Source: Perna viridis (lineage: Eukaryota). Taken from it: a stretch of DNA of 64,000 nucleotides. The DNA lies in assembly GCA_037379345.1 (NCBI GenBank), contig CM074512.1, forward strand, positions 50,303,597-50,367,596, written 5' to 3'. Below the pieces are notes generated by a model, which was not told the origin of the DNA, did no database searches, and was given only the letters and a program-made list of their open reading frames with translations. Position 1 is the stretch's first letter, and every line of letters begins with the position of its first letter. Shown here in pieces: positions 1-55,400 of this stretch. Both the position numbers and the translations under genes were made by a program.

Positions 1-513
1 ATGTACTTTGTTTCTCTTCCCTTTACAGTTCTACTTAGAACCAGTACATGACTGTGACCATGACTGGCATCATCCCTTTAATTACTTTTTTATCCAGAAT
101 TACAATGTCCATGTGACATCAATAAAACATTCAGGCCAAAGAAAAGAATAGGTGTGTTTACTGCCATCTGCTGAAAAAAATATAGGGGTCAGTAGGGGTA
201 CAGTGAACACACGTTCTATTTTGGCCTCACTTTCACTAATTAATACCAATACTTGTAGTACAGTAAAACATATGTAAAACAGTAAAAGACATTTCAAAAT
301 CTATCTTATAGGCATTTCAGAGTATATCCTGAATATTTTACATTTCTTTATTTCAACAAAAGCATTTGAGACCTTATTCATGACTACGAAGTCCACTTCA
401 TTTTGGGGGGGAAATATGATGAGACAATAAAATATTTATTGTTACCCCACTACAATATAAAGCCCACCACATTATAACATGCAGAGCTAATAGGTAATGG
501 TTCCTCATCTTAC

Positions 514-43723
<43,210 letters not shown>

Positions 43724-46360
43724 GTCGCAACTCCTTTCCTTAGCCTTTAGATTAACTATTCACTGTGTTCGTCTTACACTATGATGTTGATGTCGGCGAT
43801 GAGCTCATCATCCGGGTTACATATTCGAAAACCTAAAACCTGGACCTCTTATAAGAATCGTGTACTCTCACGGGCAGAAAAAAATTAATATAATGATTAC
43901 AATCATTAAAAAAATATTTATGCAAATAGAAAACAATCATGAATAGAGGCAAATAAAATTAAGGCTGCCGAAAATGAATATATAGATATTTCTCATAAAG
44001 TGACAAGAAAACATAACTTCAAGGTGTTGAAAATTAAGGTAATTTTGTCTTTTAAATAATAACAAAATAGATATGGTGAAATGATAAATGCACCGGCTTA
44101 TAACCTAAATGCAAAATAAATCAGCCCAGTCGCTTGTAGGACATACTCTGACTGCGTTCTTCGGTCAGGTACTCCTAAGCTTAGGCTGGACTCAGTCACC
44201 TCCAACTACTAACATACATCTACTAACACAGCCCCGTAAGGGACGGTCCTCCGAGATCCGTAAGGATAGTAAAGACCGTAAAACCATAAATTGTCGCCAT
44301 TTCTAATTCCACAGTTCTTAAAAGCATCGTCCGGTAACACATAATAGATGTTTGAAATATAAAAAAGATATCAGGCTTGAGTAACTGATTAAACAAGCCC
44401 CTATAAGCTCAAAACTATACACTAATAATATTCCTCATCATTTCACAATAATGGACCGGATGCAAGTTCCATGATTGTACATATTACATAATTTGGAATG
44501 TTTATATAAATATTGTAAATTTACAAGACCAAATGATTTAGATTTTGGATTTTTGTAAAAAACAGGTAGATGTCGATGGATTTAGAGGGGGTCCATTTCG
44601 TGTGTATATTGGATTTCTAATTTAGTGAGAGATAAGCTGACCAGTTCATATTGTGAAATTACGAGGCCAAATGAATAGTTAGATTTTGGATTTTTGTAAA
44701 AACATGCAAATTTTGTATTAGTAGCATAAGAATTGTTCCATAGTACAATTTATACATATTAGGAACAAATGTTATGTGGCATGATATGTAAAGTTGTTTC
44801 TTGATCGTGGCAGAAATATGTCAAAAAAATGCCCCCCCCCCCCGCCAAAAAAAATTAATGATAGTAATAATAATAATAATAAACCAAATTGATAGAATAT
44901 ATGGATTTTGGTAAACTTGAAGTGAAGGTCAAGGGGCGTAACAAGTGATAAATGGAAGTGTAAACACCAAGCGGTAAGGGGTTTGATGGCCGCTAAATGT
45001 CCCCAGTGTGTCCAGTAGGGGGTCCTTGGGGCAAACCTCCACCGGCTGAAAATGGATTCAAGCATTCGAAATTTCAGACTTGATGAAGCTTTTTAATTAC
45101 CTGGTTTTAGCCTATTTGTAAATTTAAAATGAAAATAAAGATTCTTCAAAGCCAGGATACAAAAAAAAATAGAATATATTCGCGAATAATAATTGAACTT
45201 TATTTTTGTTGGGCTCTGTACCCGTACCTAGACATTATTATGCTTGCCATTCATTGAAGAACCACGAGTCGCATTGGACTCTTTTATTTAGTCTTGGCTG
45301 GGTACACACCAATTAAGCAACTTCTGAATGACGAATATATACTAATATCTGGCCTCTGCATGTCTTGTTCCGTTTTCACCTTTAGTTTATTTTTTTTTTA
45401 TGTTACTTGAGTATATACATGTAGGGGCAACTCTTTCGCTGTACCTGTGTATAATGACGTTTTGGGTGGCAACTGTAGCCCAACCTGTGGTATGAGGGTT
45501 TCCTCGTCGTAATTCATTAAATACCAATGGGTGGTCTTGGGCTGACATTTCATCCTATAGTGAGGTTGTTGTGTCTTTGACATATACACCATACCTATTC
45601 TCGTAATATTTCCGACACTTTGTTAAAAACTACCATTTCTCACATTTAAAAACAAACATAGACACACACATTTTTTTTAAGAGAGCTCAACAAATCACGA
45701 CGGAAACTCAAATGGATGCAATCTAATATCATTTATCTAATGTTATTATGAATGGAAATAGCATACCAAAGTGACCGTTACCAGAAAACATGGACGACTT
45801 AACTCCTTTTTAGGCAAAAACGACTTAAATTTTTGTTATTGTGAAAATTGCGTGCATATAAGCCTGTGCTTTTGAGCTGCCGTTGATGTTATGCCCTGTC
45901 TTCAAGTAGTTCTTTTGTTCTATCAATGTAGGGATTTGCTAGCAATCGAAATTATGTTTATATACACATTATAAAACGGACCACATCTTTCGCGTTTTCA
46001 TATTTAAAAGAAGGGAACAAAGCGAGAGATAGAAAAAAAAATGGTTTCTGACTTTGTTTCTGTGGGACGGCAGCAGTTCCGTTCAAAATGGGGCAATTAT
46101 ATATTTTCTTTGAGGTACAAAAATGCACGCAGCAAATCAGACGAACGTGGTATTTATTTGTACGTGGCCTTCCCAGGGTAAAATATATTCTTTCAGTATC
46201 ATTTCGTTTTGTTTTATTCTGTTTCTATTTCATCATTTCGATTCATTTCGTTTCGATTATTTTTGTTTTGGGTGTTTTGGTTTCGTTTCACAGTTTATTG
46301 GTACTTATAGAGTATGGGCACGGTTATGCGGTCACCTTTTTGTACCATAAACCGTTTCAG

Positions 46361-46391
46361 TACGCATGTGCAAATTTACAGCGCCATTTTT
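46361..46391 (+). promoter_or_regulatory. Proximal promoter/5'UTR motifs of the sororin-like gene (NRF1-like TACGCATGTGCA, YY1 GCGCCATTTT)
   Basis: Motifs lie about 20-50 nt upstream of the ATG in a CpG-containing stretch; motif match only. Confidence 0.4.
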
Positions 46392-46413
46392 TGATTTCTG
46401 AAGAAACGTAAAC

Positions 46414-49400
46414 ATGCCACCAAAATTAAGAAAAAAGCCAACTAAAAAGAAGGAAAATACTAACAGTTCAGGTAAATTAAAAATCATTCATCAAAAGTTG
46501 GAAAAAATTGACAAAACTTGCAAAAAAAACCCTTTTATGCTTTTACTTCATTGCTTGACACCTGCAGCCTGTAGTGCAGGTGCCCTGTTAAAGACTATGC
46601 TATAATTTTCTCTGACCCACCAACCCTCCTCTTTTTCATTTGGATATAGATAAGTCAGGACGATGTGCAATATAAAAAGTTAGAATACCGCCCTTAAAAT
46701 GCTTCTATTCTAACAACTTTCATCAAATTGACATTGTCAATGATTGTGCGTCACAGTACTCACACCTACCTACACGACAGCTAATGACTATAGGGGAGTT
46801 CGCCAATCTCATTAGTGATGTCATATTCACAAATTTGCATATCTTAAATGTCAAATTGGTTTGCAAATAAGCAATTGACAATTTCATGATTAGAATCCCA
46901 ATTTTCCAAACTTTTTAACTTTGTTATTTTATATCCAATTTTGGTTCTGTAAAATGTTTCATGTCTTGTATGGGAATTTATAACTCTTTTTACTTGAAAA
47001 ATAAATTTGGAATAATATTTATATGTAAACCTCTTTTTTCATATAAAATTATTTTAAGAATGTTTTGCTCATATAGTCAAATTATTGAATATTTATTATA
47101 AGAGTTTTATTGGCAGTTTAAGGAACCAAAAGAATTTTTAGTTATCTAAATAAATGAAAAAATGATTTAATCTTGATGCCCCATGTCACTCAATGGATTT
47201 TTGCCAACCAAAACCAAATCACAGGTAAGTGATGACATCACAAAGAACTCTCCTATTTTGACAATTCCACTCGCCCACGGTGGACAAATCAGGTTATCCT
47301 CACTTTTCGCCCACCCTAGCATAAGGCTGTGAAGTTTATATTCCTGATATGTAATTGCAACATGCAACTACAAAATGTATGTGTACTGACCAAATTACCC
47401 ACTTTTGGTTTACACTCAGGGTTGATGTACAAAAATAAATGATAAATAACTTTTAATGTCTTTTTGATACAAAGTTTACAAGAAGTGCATTTTGTAAAGG
47501 AATATTCCTGAAAGAAATTATTACCAGCATTCAAACTTTATGAACCTTAAAGTTATGCTTGAGTGGTTAAGTAATTGATAATTACTTTTCGTGCCTGATT
47601 AGTGTAATTGGGGAATAAGGTGATAAGAGTTGTAATTCGGTTGGGGTAATTAAATTGTAGACCCATCGAAATTTTTTTAAGCACATCTGACATTCGGTCA
47701 GACACAAGGTGATGACTTGTCCTGACCGAACGACAATTTGTCTGACCGAAAAAACTCTGAACAATTTATCGACACGCTAACATTTTTGATGGGGGGTGGG
47801 AATCTCCAAGTACATTTTATTATCAAGCTGATTTTAAAACTACTGGGTATGGGCTCTTGAATTTGTTAATTTGTCACCATTATTCATTTTGGCTAGAGTG
47901 TATCTGATGAGTCTTCATAAACGAAACATGTGTACTTTGTTTTGAGTTCTTTGTATTATATATTGTTGATTTTTTAAATTTGAAATAAAGTATTGTTATT
48001 AAATTATAAAATCTATTCTCATTCTCTGGCATAAAACATAATCATTTCAAAATTCAACATTTCATCTTGATAGTCAAAACATTCACTGTCTTCATAATCA
48101 TCATCATTGTCTTTGTCACAAAGGCTCTCCACAATGTTAAGTGTTGAGTTAACTTCAACTTGTACATTATCAATATCATTCTTTTAAATTTCACATGAAA
48201 ATTTGTTTTATCAGATGTTCAATTATTAATCTTTATCAATTTCGATGTAAAAGAAATATACTTTATTATTTTTTTCATTATTATTTTGACAATATAATGA
48301 CCGCATGTTTCACATGTAAACGAGTAGCGAGACAACGGAAGGGACGATATATCAAAGGATGAAATGATGTGTAGCGAATGAACCGGAAGTTACATATTAT
48401 TGTTTACAATCAAATTGATTGACTATCTCGCTAGACTGTAGACTAATTCACGTAATTATTAAAACGTTCTAGTTTTATTATTCACAAAAACCACTTCAGT
48501 TTTGAGAAAATCTTCTTTAACGTAAGAAAAAAACATCGGACACCCGGGCCGACAAGCAGCGTGTATTTACCGGACCCGGGACAATTTTACCGGACAGGTC
48601 CGACGGTCCGGCAGGCTTCGATGGGTCTGAAATTGTTAATTTCGCCACTTACAGCTCTTAATGTTTTTTTTGTACTTTCAAAGGTTTCAGGTGACAAAAT
48701 CATAAAAGATTATTTTCGTCATTCTGAAAAGTCTTTTTTCAATGACGAAAATGACAAGCGCTAGAAAAATCACTGTATCATCTTAAGAAGATGGGACTTC
48801 AATCTGTTGTAATCAAGGCTCTGAAAAAAATGTCCAAATGCTGGTCATTTGTTAATTGTGGACATTGTGAATATGTTGTCATCATTCAATTTCAGCCATT
48901 ATCTGAGAATTTAATAAGTAAAATTCTTTTCAGAGAGCTAGGATTCTCAGTTTTTGGCTAATACCTTTGAAATGTGTTTTTAAATGATAAAATATAAAAA
49001 AAATGTAGATGGGCTCAATATGTATTAATTCACATCTAAGTGAATTTTCTTACATGTATTCGAAAATGGTGAACTTTCTCATTATTATATGACTAAGTTG
49101 TCTTACTTAGAGATTATTTTGATTGTATGGAAGTTATTAAACTGTTACTTGTATATTTTAATTTACTCTTAATATTGTGAAATAAACATTTCTCTCATCT
49201 ACAGATCCACATCATAGCTCAGTGTGGGAAGTCAAATGTCAATACCTGTGGGGCCAAAAATATGTGTGTTTACTGTCACATGCTGAAAAAAATAGGGTCT
49301 GTAGGTCACTTTTTAAGCTAAATAGAGAGAAAAGAAGACACTGTAACGGTGCACATGCTAGTTTTCTTTTTAAATTGATGGCAGTGCTGGCACTGGCTGC

Positions 49401-52400
49401 AGCCATTCTTGTTTAATACGATAAATACCGGTGACGGGAAAGGTGGGAATTTCTGGAATTTCAGAAAATTGCCAATAAAAAAAGTTAGGGTCATGTCTAT
49501 AAAATGAGGGTCAGTCGCATGACTGTAAACACACATTTTTTTTGTTTGCCAAGAATTATTTATTTTTCCACTTGCATTGAGTGCAAACAACTATTTTGAT
49601 CTTAGATTCTCTGAAATATAAAGAAAGGTCACAAAATATTGAAAATACACACGTTTTGTATTATACAAAAGAGAATTTTTAGAGGTGAAATAGAGGTCAT
49701 AATGGAAGTGTCAGGAGGAATAGTGTTAGATAATAATGAGGTTATAAGAATTATTTAAAACTATAATGAATGTCACATTGTGGAGGTATTTAAAACTCAA
49801 TTGAAAGCCAACTTATCTTCAAAACCACTTTTACAAACACACATTTTGTATTATACAAAAGAGAATTTTTAGAATTTGAAAAAAATATATATATTAGCAC
49901 AATATGAAGTTTATTTATAAATATATATTTCTCTGTAACCCTCATGAATATTATTTCATTGAAATTGTCAAGTTTTTGTTTTCAGTTCTATTAAATTAAA
50001 TTTGTAGTTTTTTTACAGGTAGATTTATTTTGTATATTGATTTTTTTAACATGTACATGTAAGCCATTAAGCAAGAGCCTAGTTCTCTGCAAAGAATGAA
50101 TTGTTTTATTCAACCTGACTTTTGTTTTCAGAATCCCCATCATCAAATGAAGACAAGGAAGGTAAAAGAACATTGGAAATCATCACCAAACTCTCACAGA
50201 AATATTTAGTATGTTATAAATTTATACAATATTATTAATTTAATAAAGGATGTAGCTGATAAAATGATATTGACCAAGTCCTAAATCGTTAACAGCTTTC
50301 TAGGGTTGTATGCTGCATGTAATTGTCTTCAATTAGAGTCATTAAGCAGTACGAAAATTAATAGAAAAAAAATGACTGAAATTTAAAAAGAAAAATATTG
50401 TGTAAAGTAATTTTTTATCTCCTACTAAAAGGACCTTATAATAATCTGTGTTCAATGATTTTGTTGCCTTTTTTAAAAGCACTTCCTCCTTTTCAAATGG
50501 GATAATTTATCACATTTTTTATTAGATTGGGGAAAAAATATCTAAAAAACTTCTTGATAGGTTAAATTGATTATTAATATGTAAGATTATTCTGATGATT
50601 AAATTTACTAAAACAATTATAGGTCCATTTTCCTTGTCTTTCTGTTCTTTTGATACAAAAGACTTTGCATGGCCTTGAAGAAATTAAAATGTTTCTCTTT
50701 TTCAGAACACCGGACAAAGATCGTCGAAGAAAGAAAAATCAAATAATACATCGGTATGTTTACTCAAAAACGAGAAAGGGATACCATAGGAAAGATTTAG
50801 GTTTTAAATGACTTGTTCAAGGTTCCTCTGTATTTTGTTAATTTGTGTTCATTACATAAAGATGCATTTTAACTTTCTTTTTTTCAAAGTTGATTGGAAA
50901 TGTTGAAACTCTGAGACTATTACATTGCTTATCATGGAGTTAGAAATAGAAATGTGACAGGGAAGCAAAATGAAAATCTGTACTACATGTTTGTGTTCAT
51001 CCTTGCTTTTATTTAGTGTCTCAAATTTATTCTTTTGAAAGAACTGTAACAAAATTAAAAGCTTGTAAATAATCCCATAACGTTGTGTGTTTTTCCTGTG
51101 ATGCTTCTTTTTAGCTCACCTGGTCGTAGGCCATGTGAGCTATTACCATCACTTGGCGTCCGTCATCGTCGTCTGTCATTGTCGACAATTTTTTCAAACA
51201 TCCTCTGAAACTACAGAATGGATTTGGATGAAACTTAAGATGGTTATTCCTTAGAGTCTCCTGCACAAAATAACCATTTGGATTTTTGGCCTGTTGAAAA
51301 ACATGGCTGTTGTTACTAAAAATAGAACAGGGGTCAGACAGCAGATTTTTGCATATATCTCCAAAACAGTTAGGTTTAACCAAATTCTGATGGGGTAAAA
51401 GTATTCAGCATGATGAGATCTATCTGTGGTCAAAATTTTGTGAAAATCTGTTGGAAATTTTTTGCTGTTTTTGATGTTATTACTTTAAAAAATCTTCCTC
51501 TCAGAAACTACTCTACAGGATTCAATGAAAGTTGGCACTTTTGTTTTATAGGGTATCCTTAATAAAATGACTGTTTGGATTTTTGATCAGTTAAAAACAT
51601 TCTCCAATGAAACAAATGGAGTCTAAATTGTCACCCAACTCCTTGAAAGGCAAAAATTTAACCAGGTGAGGGATTCAGGCTCCTAGGAGCCTCTTGTCTG
51701 GATTCATTTCAATTGCAAAGCCTTTGTTTTTATACCCCACTACACAAAGTGGCAAGGTATTTCTGGTATGTGATACCCTCTGAAAAGTTGTGTGTGTTTG
51801 TTGGTCCATCCTCTGATGGTTTCCAGATGATAACTTGAGAATTAATAAAAAAAATTTTAATAACTTTGTATAATTGTTTAGTACCATGAAATACAGATAA
51901 AAAAAAATAAATTTTCAGCTAATCTGAAATCTAGTTTTTTGAGTTTTGAACATTATGCTGTACCCCTTTTTCACTATTATGATGCGGAATATCACTTAAT
52001 GTTCCATTAATGCATCTATTTGTATTATTTTATGTTTTTTTGGGTTTTTTTTCTTTAGGAAAATGGCTATGAAGGGGATGAAGAAAATACAACTGGTTCC
52101 AGTGCTTCTTCTTCTATAGGAAGCCCCTATGACTTTGAAGATGATCCAATGTCTGAGGATACTGCAGCAACCTTTTCAACTTTAACAGGGAAAAACACTA
52201 AAAAAACAAAAAAGAAATATAATAAAAATAAACCCCAACAAACTGATAAAACCATCCAAAAATGCAAACCTGATTCTAGTAATCCTATTGTCTTGCCTTC
52301 AGTTGTTGAAACAAAGCCTTCACAAAGGAAGAGTATTAGGAAGTCACCTACAGCTGAAAATAAAGATATAAAGAACAAGCATGATAAAAGTGTTAAATTT

Positions 52401-55400
52401 CAAAATATTTCTGATATTGAAGAGAAGCTGAAATTTCCTAAAACTCCTGTCCCAAAAGATACTGCAGTAGCTTTGGAAAAATTGGACTTACAAATGGTTG
52501 AAGAGTCGCAAAGACAACTCAGGAAACGTAAATCTCAGACTGAAACACAAGTCACTCAAAATCCAAAAGTTACCAAGAAAGAATTGAAGGACAAATCTAA
52601 GTTGGAGAAAAAAGTGAACAATACTTCAATTCATGGTAAAATAGTACCAGAAATGGTTCAGGATATGTCAACACCTAATGAAATACTACGTACCAAAGCT
52701 TTAAGAAAAAGTGGCAATAACTCATGTTTTGGTTTTGAGGCAGTAAAAAGGACATCACTGCCAGTGTCTCCTGTTTGTAAATTACCCATAACTCCATTAT
52801 CTGACTATGCTTCTATGGATACTTTCTCTCATGATGTGACAATGGAAGACAGTTCGCAGAAATCTAAATCAACCTCTCCATCATTATTCTCAATGGATGA
52901 AGATGGTAAGTTTGAAATATATTAGTTTCTTGCTAATTTTAGGCCCAGAACTTAATTACTTGTTGATGCAATTGAACATGGTTTTGTATGAATTAATCAT
53001 TCTTATCTATACATATGGCTATCTCATGTTTTAGTACAATTAAGGAACCAGAATGTTTCACAAAATGCAACTAGTAAAAAGCTGATGCTATCAAAACATT
53101 TCATTTGCCAACAACAAAATGTAAATACTTTTTCTTCTAAATATATTGTAAAGATATTTGAGTGGGATCAAAATAGGGGTTCTTTAAAGTAAACATGTTT
53201 TAGGTGAGAAAATGATAACATGAATTACCTACATGTATTTGTGAAATAGAGGTCATAATGTAAGTGTCAGGAGGAATAGTGTTAGATAATAATGAGGTTA
53301 TAAGAATTGTTTAAAACTATAATGAATGTCACATTGTGGTGGTATTTAAAACTCAATTGAAAGCCAACTTATCTTCAAAACCACTTTTACATGCATACAG
53401 TATATGCTTAATGGACCCTTTTGTGATAAAATCGATGAGCATGCGAGATATATATATATATATATATATTCTTCTGCAGGATAGGGCCTCCGTAGAACAA
53501 AAGAATTTTCATCACAGAAGTGTATATTGGAGTATGCGTATGCTCTACGTACATGTATGCTCATCAACTATCCTACAGTTAGCATGACATGGTCTATAAA
53601 ACCTCGGACAAAGTAATCCTCTCTTGTCTTCCACATTTATTATGTAATGAGAGAGCATAATTTGAAACGCAAAATATTACCTCCACCACCAAGGATCGAA
53701 CCTTGGACCGCTTGATGACAAGCCAGTAACAAACCAATTTGGCTCAAGAGTTAATCCTTCAGCTTAGTCAATCATCTGACTTTAAATCCCACTACCTACA
53801 ACAACACAGGTAGCCCGTCCTGCCACAATTGTAATCGAACAATACATGCAAAAGCTGTTTAAAGTTGGTCTATTTTTTCAGATGATCTCCAAGTGAATAA
53901 GAGTTTACAAAGGTCATACAAACCAAGAAAGAAACAAATGTCAAAAAAGCAGCAGGTAAATGATTTATATTTATGTGGCAAGTTTGGCAATCTCAAATAA
54001 ATGGCAGATCTGTTTTGTAGTTATCCAATTTAAGAATCAACATATTAAGGCCCTATCTAGCCATCGACAAGAAGGTTTGGTAAATTGTTTGAAAAATAAC
54101 AATATTAAAAATATTAACATTTTTGTGTATGTAATCCAATTACAAAAACTTCTCCCTATCAAAGACAATTGGGAGAAAAGAATACAAACAAGAAAATATT
54201 TGCTCATTTCTCCTTCAAGATTTGGCCCTGAACATATTTTCCCAATTAAAAGAGGATGCGGTAATTTTGAATAAAGTCAACAATATCACTGTATTAGTAA
54301 TGCACATGTAAATAGGTGTATATAGAAAGTATATGTAGAATACAAACAACTACTCTTTTTGTTGTAGTTTGTAATTCAACACATTTTTTCTGATATTGTG
54401 TTATGTCATTATCTTTGCCAGAATTGTAAATCAAAGAATATATAAAGCTCATCCAGTGAAACAGCTTACTAAATAGAAATTTTTGTCACTGAGAAGAAGG
54501 AGACTAAAGAGTTCAAACTATAATAAAAAGGATGTTTTTGTTTGTTTTTTTCATTTGAGGTGGTAACTGTGCAGTGTATAGAACTGTCAATTTCATTCTA
54601 TACTACTGGTAATCATTTACAGTGACTTTCCTACAACCATGACACTCTTTTTTTACCAATTTGCTGAACAATACAAAGGATTGACAAAGCTATTGGGACA
54701 TTTAAACTGACCAGTTGGTATTGAAAGAGTTGATGAATAGGTATCCACTCATCCATGAAAATTTACCTGGTCAGGTGTAAGGCTTTTAATACTGGCTATG
54801 TTACACATCATATGGAATTTTCTCAGCTTGTGAATATTACAATGTGTTTTGAGGGATTTTTTTTTTGCATTTGTTTATGTTCTTGAGACCTTTAACTTGA
54901 AAAAAGGCAGCTGATGATGTTGATTGTGACACTTCTTGATAAAATGATTTTGATTATAATACCATTCATGGGGCAAAGTTAAAATACAACACCACCCAAA
55001 GAGAGATAACTCCAATTAAATTGTATTGGCTTTTATCTTCTTTGAAATTACTACGCGGCCAAGCGCAAAAAAAATAGTTTGGCGTCTCGATTTACCCAGT
55101 TCGACAATATTTAGCTGAAAAATAACATTTAAAATGTTTGAAATATCATTCATTTGGGATATCGGTGAAATATTTAAAGTTTAAAAGAGAATCACACATT
55201 AATTTGAAGAAAGCATTTCCGTCCGTAAAGTTATCTGCCGGAAGCCCTTTTGTCATTCTTACACTTACAATACTCGAAGCCACTGATGTGACTTCCGAGT
55301 AAAAATGCACTAAATCCCAAACTATTATATATGAATGAAAATCATTGCATTTTAATAATCCACAAAAGTTTCAAGGAAAACAGCATTTAAATCCAAAGCT

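Noticed and set aside
47142-47230. Perfect donor CAG|GTAAGT at 47224/47225 as the missing sororin exon
   Set aside because: The nearest upstream AG (47140-47141) gives an immediate in-frame stop, so no coding exon can be built.
48691-48764. Possible sororin exon GDKIIKDYF… (PIP-box-like)
   Set aside because: It has no usable donor before the TAG, and it overlaps a TTTTCGTCATT/AATGACGAAAA hairpin typical of a repeat.
53686-53750. Functional tRNA gene
   Set aside because: A and B boxes are present, but the acceptor and anticodon stems do not pair properly; treated as a SINE head.
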